The translations under genes and the position numbers were made by a program. The notes below the pieces were generated by a model. It was not told where the DNA came from and ran no database searches. It worked only from the letters and a program-made list of their open reading frames with translations. 64,000 bases of DNA, from positions 186,001 through 250,000 of the forward strand of contig BDGG01000009.1 in assembly GCA_001949185.1 (NCBI GenBank). The letters are read 5' to 3'. Positions 25,097 through 35,351 of the stretch are shown here, piece by piece; within the stretch, counting starts at the first letter, position 1, and each line of letters opens with the position of its first letter. Source of the stretch: Ramazzottius varieornatus. Taxonomy: Eukaryota; Animalia; Tardigrada.

Positions 25097-26651
25097 TTAG
25101 TAGTTGGAAATGGCCGGCTGGTATCCTCCCGAGCCATGAGTCAAGGCGTTACTTCCGGGCAAGGGCGCTTCCACAGTCAGAATGCCATCCTTGGACAAGG
25201 TGGACTTGATCAACGAAGGGTCGGTACCGATAGGCAGCGAGAACTCCTTGTTGAACTCGCGATAGCTCGAGCGGTTCTCCGTCTTCTCCTCGTGCTTCGC
25301 CGAGATGCGCAAGACATTGTCCACGGTCTTGACGGTAATCTCATCGGCGCGATACTGGCTGACATCAAACCTCAAGCGGATACACTTGCCATCCTGGCCG
25401 GTAGTGTCCATCCGGTTGGAGATGAGGGAAGAGTCGAGACCGCCCAACCATTGTTGCAGCTCCTGGTTGTTCTGAGCGTCAAACTGGCTCTGTTGGCTGT
25501 TGGTCAGGGCCAGCTGCTGATTGTTGTTGCTCTGGCTGAGGTTGCTACCGCTGTCGGAGTGGTGGTAGGTCTGGTGGGAGGTGGTGGTGTGGTGGCTGGA
25601 CTCGCGCTGGACCGAGCTGTTGTTGCTGTTGACCGACCCGAAGGCCGGCGAGGGCTGCTGGGAACCACCCACGTTGTGGGTGACGGCCGAGCTGTAGTGT
25701 TGCTGCTGTTGGTTGCTGCCTTGATTACCATAGCTGACGGGGATCGACTGGGGTTGCTGACCTGCGAAGACAGAAACGATACAGATTGTATCAAGAGAAA
25801 TGCAGTATGATATGCAGCAGATCGCCCTCTGCGTATTTTTAGATATGAACGGCTAGAGCTGAAAGCCGCTGAGGCATTGCGTTAATCCTCGTGGAACCAA
25901 CTTCCTCATACATTTCACTTCGAAAGTCCAAACCAAAATACCATAATAACTATTCAGATTTCAGAAAATGCGAAAGTTCGATTAGCTGCGGAGTAAGTCC
26001 ATATGGGAGGTCGGCAAAAGAAATGTACGAGATGGTTGGCTCAAATCGCGCACTTTTTCATTGTTATTGGCAGGTAGCGCGTGCCACTTGGATAACGATC
26101 CAGTAGAGTCTAATTTTTCCCAAGTGGCGCAGGTTTTCGTTGTAAGTGTTCAGAAGCCTGCGCCACTTGAGAAAACAATCTTGCGTATTCCGTTTGCCTG
26201 CTTCTAATATGGCGCGGAAGCGAAGTCTTCCGTTGCGACACTTTCATGGCTATAACTTACCGCCAACGTTTGACTGATGAGTCTGGGTAGTATGATGGCT
26301 AGATTGGCTGTGGACCGAGCCTTGTGGGGACGAATACTGGATAGGGATACTTCCGCCCTGCGGTTGGCCCGGCATTGGCTGTTGTTGTTGTTGACCTTGA
26401 GCCCCAGTGCTGGAGGTACGCGTACGGGTGGTCGTTGTGGTGGTGGTTTTGATAATCTTCGAAGCGAGGCGTTTGTTGCCTTCGTTGATTTGCCCAGTCA
26501 GCTTGCCCATCTCTGCCTCCATCTTGCGCATCTCCTCCTCGAACTGTGCAGGATGCCCGCCGAAATCCTGTTCGATGATGCTGGTGTTGCGCTGCATGAC
26601 TGGGATCCGTACTTCAACCGTCCCGTGTTGACTTCCGCCGTACTGCGACAT
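25097..26651 (-). CDS. Small heat-shock protein (C-terminal alpha-crystallin domain) with long Q/S/H/T-rich insert, ~350 aa, 2 exons
   Basis: Exons ~26651-26261 and ~25761-25097. LRFDVSQYRADEITVKTVDNVLRISAKHEEK..YREFNKEFSLP..IKSTLSKDGILTVEAP; N-terminal FEEEMRKMEAEM helix. Confidence 0.92.
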
Positions 26652-26920
26652 TGTCCTTAACTACGTAGATCTCGCCCAAGGGTCACTGGTCAAAAATATA
26701 GGAAAAAAGCGACTGTTGTAAGGTCTGTGGCTTAAACTAATAAGAGACGTTTACCGCGGGTGAAATACGATCGAAGGCCCGTGATAGTTTGTCGGTTATA
26801 TTACTTTGGTGAACGTAGTAAACGGTGGCGGTGTGACTCAGAAGGAAAACTTGTTTTCTGCGGTTCACTATACATGATGCATCCAGTGATACATTGTAGC
26901 TTTATAGCCCGTCCTCATAG

Positions 26921-27014
26921 TCATCGCCGCAATGGACTTATATGGCATCTCCGCTGGCCAAGCTTCGCAGTAGCAGCCAGACGGTAGGCGCATGGATACT
27001 TCCGGAAGTTTTTC
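26921..27014 (-). promoter_or_regulatory. Putative sHSP promoter: TATA box plus heat-shock-element-like array
   Basis: TATAAA on the minus strand at 26921-26926; GATacTTCcgGAAgtTTT (alternating nGAAn units, two perfect) at ~26995-27012. Confidence 0.45.
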
Positions 27015-28039
27015 TTGCGCTCTATCATGCCTCGTCTTTTTTAGTTCGCGCGAGTGCTCTTACCACGATATCAACACGAGCCTGTTTTCCCCACGCCTAT
27101 GAAAATTTATGACTTCTGCCCAGGGTCTCGCTGAATGCATTACATGTTGCACAAACAACAGACTACCGCAGAAAAATCCCGTGGCAGAACTAGGCGTGGC
27201 GTGCATGAGAATTGATGCGTTCGATGTCTCGACGTGACAGTCTCAGATCCAGCTATTCTTTACACAACAGCTCATGTATTGACCGACATGCATTGGGCTC
27301 AAGCATTTCCAGCTGTTGAATCTCTGATATGCCACAGTCTGCCAGAAAGACTCCAAGTCTGCAGATCCGTCAAAGTTCGAGACCTCTGGACTTTAGGTTT
27401 TCTGCACGATGCTCCAGGTTGTTTGCCCCAAAGAAACGAAAGGTTTCAGCTGTAGACCGCAGAACTGAAACGTTAACGTGATCGTAGGAGTGTAGCCAAA
27501 CCCACCGATAATGTAGACTTAATATTACGTGTACCATATATCAGATAATGATGACGTTTGTTTTATCTGAACTTACGGTATGTAGGACTTTTGGGTGAAT
27601 GTCTAACTCATGATAACGATAGTCTATTCGATCACCGCCAAACGTATTCATCTCAACATTATAATTTCGAAGAATGAGTGTCAGGAACTGGCATCAACAA
27701 CTGGAAAAACAAGGGGGCGCAGTATTCATGGTTGAGGCAGGGAGTATTGTAATCATAACTCATAAGAACCGAAACGTCCATGCCGTCACCTAATCAAAAT
27801 CACTCAAGTACCGTCCAATTACGACCTACGCATGCGGTGCAGCATTATGTACCTAACAAACAATGATTTTCCTTCGGTAACCCGTAATGATAACCGGGAT
27901 TCCGTCCTTAGAAGTACGTAGGACCGACATCATCAGCTTGATTATGCTTCGCGTCTTCCTTATAACCCATCAGCCCATACCCAGTTTCTGTTCATTTTTT
28001 ACATCAGGTTGAGGTGTTTCGTAAGAGACTGGCACCACC

Positions 28040-28891
28040 ATGCCACGCTCGGAAAAGATGACCAACGTAACTCGTTTCACATCATTATACGGTCTCTTGA
28101 TAGTCAGTCTATACTCCAAGAAACTTCCTGGTGGTAATGCAGCGGCCTTAGCAGGGGGCAGTGGTCGATCCTTCATGCCACAAGACCGCCACCTGTACTT
28201 CTCGCCTTCCCGCAATCTCTTCGGCACCATGAGCGGCGACTCGAAGTGGGCCAGTTTCCCCAAGAAGGACTTATCGGCTTTGCTGTCGGACCCGGAAGTC
28301 GAAACTAACAGACAGCAAAAGAGATCGCTGGAACACTTCATCGACGACAGTAACAGTTTCTACGGCCTGAACTACTTTGGAGACTACGAAATGCCGTACG
28401 ATTACCCACAGGTAAAATTCTGTTGCAGTACCGAAGGTCGGCAAACGAAACGTACAGGATCGTTGTCTCAAACTGGCGCACGTTTTCGGCCAATAACAAC
28501 GAGAACATGCGCCACTATAGTCCTCAAGTGGTGTTATTTCAAGTGGCGCATGCTCCCGTTGTTGTTGGCTGGTAGCTTGCGCCACTTGAGACAAGGATAT
28601 CTCGTTCGGTTTGTCGATCTCCGATGTTTTCTCATGGCACTGAATACAGTACTGACTATTTGGTTACAGGCACAGATTGAAGCGCCATTGACGAATATGG
28701 CTAAACGTTTCGGACGGGTTCAGTACCGCAGTGAGAAACCGCTTTCGCAATGGTTACACTCCAATTTTTCACCAGAGGGCGACTCCAGCGATATTCTAAC
28801 GGAAAGTTTGCAAAGCGGCTCTTTCTCCGGGAAGCATAGCTTGAAACCCAAAGGGCCTAACACCCTTTTTAAGATGCGCTTATTTGGCTGA
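28040..28891 (+). CDS. Putative neuropeptide/prohormone precursor, 2 coding exons (28040-28411, 28670-28891)
   Basis: Weakly hydrophobic N-terminus, several KK/KR sites, ends ...PNTLFKMRLFG-stop. The middle of the 283-aa ORF is an intron containing the palindromic element. Confidence 0.55.
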   Translation: MPRSEKMTNVTRFTSLYGLLIVSLYSKKLPGGNAAALAGGSGRSFMPQDRHLYFSPSRNLFGTMSGDSKWASFPKKDLSALLSDPEVETNRQQKRSLEHFIDDSNSFYGLNYFGDYEMPYDYPQVKFCCSTEGRQTKRTGSLSQTGARFRPITTRTCATIVLKWCYFKWRMLPLLLAGSLRHLRQGYLVRFVDLRCFLMALNTVLTIWLQAQIEAPLTNMAKRFGRVQYRSEKPLSQWLHSNFSPEGDSSDILTESLQSGSFSGKHSLKPKGPNTLFKMRLFG

Positions 28892-29299
28892 TTTATTCAG
28901 CTTTTTCGGTCTCGGACTATCGATATCGTTTGATATCAGACTTGTCTTGCAGTAGTCTGAAGCTTCTTTCCCCCGCTAAGTAACGCACGGCGAGAAAGCA
29001 GCGTAGTAGTTGGTCGAGATGGTAGCACGCAGTAAATCCAGAAACCATGATGATATTATACAGTAGGAGAATGATACGATGATGCGTACGATCCGAATTT
29101 TCGTCAGTACTTTTTTCACTGAATTTGATCAGTTTCATGATCAACGCGGAAGCTAGGTCTTCAGAAACGTATGGAGTTATGTAATCAGACTAGATCAGTG
29201 GATATGCATTAAATTTTGCTTCATGGTAATTAGTAGCAGACCATGCGACTCGTTGAAAAATAACAGGTTACAAAAATTTGATGGCGGACAACAAGCGGT

Positions 29300-31058
29300 T
29301 CAACTGCTGGCGAAAGTTCCCTTGTTACCGGGAGTACTTCTTGGGTAGACTAGATTGTTGGCGGGCGTCTTGAAATCTTCTTGTCTGAGCGGGGCCGGTT
29401 GAACGAAGCCGTTGCTGCCGCAGATGCACTGGCTGGCCAAGGGACAACCAGTTTGCACACTCTCGAAGAAACCCAGAGGTTCAGTCAGCTTCCCGAATAG
29501 AATCTCGTACAACCAGCAGACGGCGGGATGGACGGAACCGCCAGTACAACGGAACATTTCCGCGTTTCCGGAGGAAGAGTTGGCAATGGGTCCTACAAAC
29601 AAAGAGCCCTCATGAGGAAGGAAGCCGATGTGGTCAGTATATCCTTCGGTCTTCATAGCAATAGTGGGAAGTCTCTGTATACCTAAGTTATTTGGGAGGT
29701 TGGCAAATAAGATGTAGACGATCGTTGGCCCGAGTGGCGCACATTCTCATTGTTATTGACTGGAGCGTGCGCCAGTCAGGACAACAATCTTGTACGTTTG
29801 GTTTGTCGGCATCCCGTTCCTGCCCTTTCTCTACGGAATGTCTGTCAGGGCTGTGCCCGACCTATATTTATATAGGGCACTTCATAGGGCGAAGCAAAAA
29901 GGCAGAACAAGATTAGTTTCAGTGCCCCAACTAACTTCCCACGGATGATTCACGAGGAAGTCAGAAGTGGCTATAGCCGGAACTAAAACAGGTTCAAAGC
30001 CTCAACGTACCACAGTTGTCATAGGTTGGGCAGACACCGTTGGCCATGTTCGGTGTGCATGTCTGACCGGCAGGAGGTGGATTGCAGGTACTGTAGCAGA
30101 AATAAACCCCTTGGAAGCATTCGCATTCCGCGGTACCGCACTCGTCGTTGGAGTTGGGAGAGATACCCACGACTTGTCCGGGCTGCGAGCAGTTGCGGTT
30201 GGTGACGGTAATACTACCACCTATGAAAAACGAAACGACGAGCTAATTAACCACCCTGTTTTGCTACCGACCGCCTAGGTGTATAGGAGCTCGGCAAGCA
30301 AACCCGTCCCAATCGTCTCTCCAAGTGGCGCACGTCTTCACTAAAGTTGGCTAAAAGCGTGCGCCACTTGGGAAAACGTTCTGGTCAAGTTTGTTTGCCG
30401 AGCTCAGATAAGTTGGTCTTAGCCGACCCACCGTATGTTCGGTCTTACCAGTTTGTGTTGGAGTTGGGCTGACGACAACAGCAACCGGTGCTGGGTTCTG
30501 GACGTTGTTACCGTTGTTGTTGCCGCTATTAACGGGCCTGGAAGTGCTAGTGGCTGGGGTGGGCGATGGCACCGGTGTTAGGGGGACTCCGTCGCTGGTC
30601 GAAGGCTGGTTTCCAGTACCTGCACTTGGGGCAGGGTTGCCTGTATTCATGCCCGTATTACCCTGGTCAGTAGTGCCACCGAAGCCGAATCCTGGGAACT
30701 GCGTGGCGAACTGCTTGCGGAAGTTGTCGAAGACGGGCGAGAAGTCTTGGAATCCACCCCAGTTTCCGCTGTTACCGAAACCTGAACTAGGGCTCGGGTT
30801 GGTGTTGCGGTTGTTGGCGTTTCCGCCGTTGTTGTTGTTACCTCCGAAACCGCTGCCGAAGCTACCAAAGTTACCAAATCCGCTGTTTGGGCCGAAGGAA
30901 GGGAACTGTCCGAAACCGGGCGGCGCGTTTTGAAAACTGAAGGGATTCTGAAAGGGATTCCATTGCTGACCGTTACCACCGTTGTTGCCGTTGTTGTTGA
31001 ACTGAGCAGCAAAGCTGGAAGTTAGACTTAGAAGGATTAACACAACGAGTCGCGCCAT
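29300..31058 (-). CDS. Secreted protein: signal peptide, N/G/F/Q-rich region, P/T linker, Cys-rich (VWC-like) domain and second Cys-containing domain, 4 exons
   Basis: MARLVVLILLSLTSSFAA signal. Exon 2 reads NCSQPG..DECGTAECECFQGVYFCYSTCNPPPAGQTCTPNMANGVCPTYDNC. GT-AG joins keep the frame to the stop at 29300. Confidence 0.75.
30287..30405. repeat. Palindromic element, clean single-unit type copy (119 bp), intronic
   Basis: gagctcggcaagc..aagtggcgcac-25 nt-gtgcgccactt..gtttgccgagctc. Confidence 0.95.
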
Positions 31059-32439
31059 GTTGAGTGCCAGTTACACGAGAATATGAAACAATAACAGGCG
31101 AGAATATTATTGTGATGTTGAAGGAAAGTCTGGTATATTTATTCTTGTACCACACGAGGAAGTTAACTTTGCACTAGTCGGAAACAACAAGAAATTCAGC
31201 CGGTAGCGCTTCTGGGCTGTTAGCGTTAACGGGAAAGAAGCCGGTTCTTCATGTAAAAATCATGCGTGGTCGTCACCAAGCCACACTGTTGGTCTATCGC
31301 AGACGTAACTGCGAAAGGGAAATGACGAACGAGTTCTCCATCATTTCAGGCCTGATAGCTTTCGCCAAAATTCGTTACTTCCCCCTAAAACAAAGTGGTT
31401 CTGACGTCAGTGTACGTTTTCCCAAGTTGCGTACTCTTCAGCTAATCACATCGACAACATGCGCCACTTGGACTAACTCGAGCAAATAGTTTTACCATGT
31501 AGCGCATGTCTCCAGCAAATATCTGTGAAGACGTCCGTGACTTGGGGAAACGATCTGATCGAATTGGTGCACGAACTGCCATATCTTTGTCAAGTCCTGG
31601 CTCTCAGTCTAACATGGTTCTCGAAAGAAATTCGGTGTTGCATAAAGCGCGGCTGGTTGGTTTGCAGCAGACAAAGGAACACTTGGATAGAATTGGCTGA
31701 AGATGAAAAGGGGGATAATACTGTGATAATTGACAGCATTGAGGGAGGAAATGAAAAGAGGGATATCTCAATTACGTTGGGTAATTTGGTTCGCTATTGG
31801 AGCTGGGGCTGGTGTTCGTGTGGAATAGAGCAGTGCTCGCATGATGAGGCTATAGATGAGTAAATCAGGCAATTACAGTCCAATTTACCGCCCAATCACA
31901 CTGTATTGACTGTGACGCCACCTAAATGGGAACAGTCAGCCAGATTACACGATCCTCCAGATGCTTGCAGCATGTAATGTGACAACAACACCATCATCGA
32001 CATGCCCGTCACTTCCGCCTCTGATTGTTCCTAATTTCTTTAGCGTTTCCTAAAGATTCCATCTAAACATCCTAGTTAGCCTAATTCATCGTAAATTACT
32101 TTTTCGAGAAAGTCGGATCAATTACAGCCTGGTCGCACAAACTTTGTGGCCTTCGGTTCATTGGCGCACATAGAGCACATACAGCGCGCATAAAGCCCAT
32201 TAAGCACATAGCGTCTTTTTTCCAACTGGAATTCCAGGATCGCTCTTTCTGTTGACGGTACGGTACTCAAAGGGTCCGACAACAAACCCTCTGAAACCAT
32301 AACAACAGACCAGAAAGGAAAAACAGTATTTTACCGCCTTTAAAGTTTTTGCACTTTGCTTTACGAAACACTGTTCTTTTACATGTGCGCGGAACTGGTC
32401 AGGAATTCTCGTAGAAAACAGGCAGGTCCGGAGGTTCGG

Positions 32440-32708
32440 CGAACAAAACTCGGCTAGATTCTTACCCGAGCGGCGCACGTTCTCGGCCTTATTGGCGGGT
32501 AACGTGCGCCGCTCGGGAGGACCATTTGGCCGAGTCTTGTTATTCTCCCAAGCTGCGTACGCTGTTTGGTTGCATGAAAACGGCTGCTTCTTACGGAACT
32601 ATGTTAGTCGAGTTTGTTTTCCGAAGTGGCGCTCGCTTTCAGTAATATTGGCCGATGATGTGGATCACTTGATGAAACGACCTCAATGACGTTTGTTTGC
32701 CGAACTGC
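32440..32708. repeat. Palindromic element, 3 units, intergenic upstream of Bsx
   Basis: First unit gagcggcgcac-25 nt-gtgcgccgctc; later units degenerate; ends gtttgccgaact. Confidence 0.85.
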
Positions 32709-33366
32709 CATTTTGGTCGTCTCACACAAGTCGGTCTAAAATTTTAGTAGCATCAGGAAATGTCAGGAAGAGACCGGAGATACTGGGCTTTGTGTCTGCG
32801 CTGAGTGAAGTGGGAGTGATGGTCCTGATGGGGATGGTGGTTGGAGAGATTGGAGCATTTAAGTAACAATTATCCCTGGGACAACACGTTCCGCCCAGAT
32901 AATTCCCCGTGGGCCACACATTGCCAGAGTGTAATATGGACTCTATTACCGATCTCCTCCCGTCCTCCCTCGTTGACAAAAGACAAGCTGTTAATGCATT
33001 CCCCCTACCGCAGCGACGACACGCATCGATTGCTCCAATACTTGCCACTATCCGCTGGAGCAACATGTAGCTTTTGAATGGAGTAATGAACGGCGTGAGT
33101 ATGTCCCGCCGGGATCGGGATTGCAGGCTGCATTTACTGTCAATTTGCAGCCATTTGCCCAATTAACGCCATTGCTACCCACGCACACCCGCTCTTTGAC
33201 ACGTACATACATACGCTAGCCCTTCACATTCGTTCCCGCTTGTTAATTATCAAGTTGAAAAGAAGCCTCGTTCCATATGAGGCCACTTCACTTGTCTTTT
33301 TCGGACACTTCATCCCATCTCTAGCGTTGGTATCAACTAACCGCAAAGGTCACTGCCGACGTCGAG

Positions 33367-34645
33367 ATGTCTGGCACCACTTCGTCTTCTAAAGTCTCTT
33401 TTCGTATTGAAGACCTCCTACCGACCGCTTCTTCGCCAAACAAGCAGTCGCCTTCCAGTCTGGCTACTTCTCATGGCGTGACTTCCGCATCGGTGATGCC
33501 TGGCGTGAATTCTCAGGGATCGAACAAGTCTTGCCCTCTACCAACATCTCCGGACACGAGCTGCAAAATGTCGACCGTCTCACCGGCTTCGTACGCTAGT
33601 TGGTGGCTTTCAGGATTCGGAGCGCACGGTGCGAGTGTCCCTTATCATCGATGGCTATATAATGGCAGCGGCCACAACGAGGCACCTCTTGTGATGCCAA
33701 CACCAGGTGCGACTTTATCTTGACCTTTGCTTGGTTCTTGCTGTCCATTCAATTTAAGCCCTGAGCTTTGCCCTAAGTGTTTACAGGTTTCCATCTGCCA
33801 CCTTTCTTCCAGCAGATGCATCAGAACACCAACAATCCCATGCATATGCACGGAGAGATGGAAGGTCAAGCCAACACAAAACAGTGCAGACGACGCAAGG
33901 CTAGGACCGTCTTTAGCGATCAACAACTCAACGGTACGATAAAGTTCTCTCAAGTGACGCATGTCTTCAACGCCATTGGGTGAAGGCGTGCGCCGCTCGA
34001 GAAAACGTTCCAAGCAGGTTTCCTCTCCAAGTGACGCACGCTTGCGGTATTATTGGCCGAATCGTGCGCCAGTTACAAACAGATCTGCATAAATTCATTT
34101 TGCCGGCGTCTGATTTCTTGTATGAGTGTTTTGATTGATGTTTTCAGGTTTGGAAAAGCGCTTTGAGTCGCAGCGTTATCTATCTACCCCGGAGCGTGTA
34201 GACCTAGCTACTCAACTATTTTTGAGTGAAACACAAGTCAAGACATGGTTCGTAAGTAGCCCTCCTTCAACATTGATAGCTCCTTGTGTTTGTGGTAATT
34301 GGCTTAAAAGGCTCTTTACACCTTCGGCTTTTCAATCATTACAGCAAAATCGCCGGATGGTAAGTTGAGCAATTATACCGCCTACCGTTTCATTGAACAT
34401 CAAGCCATTGATTATGATATCGCTGATAGAAGCACAAGAAGCAGGGGAGGAAGAGCAAAGAGGAGGCGTTGCGGCCGCCGCTGGCCTCCAGCAGCTTCTC
34501 TAATGCTCCCCTTTGCATGCCCGAAAAAGCCATCGTCACACTCACCGCACCCATGGATGACCCTTTTCACGGCCACCACCGCCATCCAGATTCGGCCAGC
34601 GATACAAACCCGTCCTACACTTCGTCCATACATTCCCTGGACTGA
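33367..34645 (+). CDS. bsh: Brain-specific homeobox (Bsx/bsh, NKL class), 5 exons including a 15-nt micro-exon
   Basis: eh1 motif SFRIEDLL. Homeodomain [60 protein letters not shown] assembled from 33787-33933, 34149-34251, 34345-34359 and 34430 onward. Confidence 0.95.
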
Positions 34646-35351
34646 GCGGTGGAAGCTGAAAGCTCGGCAAACAAACTCGACAACCATCCCAGTCGGGTTC
34701 TTGGTCCCTACTCTGTAGTCCTCCACTCACGGGTCCGACGCACGAAATCTGGTTTAACTAAGTTTGTAACCAGCGTCTAATCAGCTTTTTATCTGATTTT
34801 GGCAGGTTTTTGACCAAAAAGGCCATGAAATCCAGGTGCAACCTGCTATCGTGAAATCAGCTTTTTTTTCTGACGAACTAGTGATCCGGCTAGGCTGGAA
34901 GTTCGACTTTTTGAGTGGCGCACGTACTCGCCAATAACATCGAGAGCGTGCGCTACTTGAAAAAACAATCTGGTCGAGTTTCCACTCGAAGCTGATAAGA
35001 GTACTTTTATAGTTTTCATCCAGTCGAAACTTTGTCAGGTATTTGGCGAACGGCTGGCTGATATATCCGCGCAGAAATCTTGATGGGTTAAGACCATAGG
35101 AGGAAAAGCATACTTTATGTATCAATCGTACTAGCTAATCGTACTGTAAGCCCATTAAAAACACCTTATCACGAAAAGGCAGTTTTCATGGCAGTTACAC
35201 GTAAGAAATTCTGCGACGATATGAAACAGTTTGAGGCATGCTGGATTACCGGAAAACTTAGCTCGTAGATGGACATATTGGTCGAGGTGCCAAGGATTAT
35301 GTAGCGCTTGTAAATAAACTGACCAGTCGAAACGACGGAATCTCACTTACA

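Noticed and set aside
25136-25810. Long antisense ORFs over sHSP, PKA-R, SA and HEXD exons
   Set aside because: They are shadow frames of codon-biased real genes.
30323-30333. CCCAAGTGGCGC resembling the 3' half of the CTCF motif
   Set aside because: The 5' CCAC/CCAG core does not match, so the resemblance is too partial to claim.
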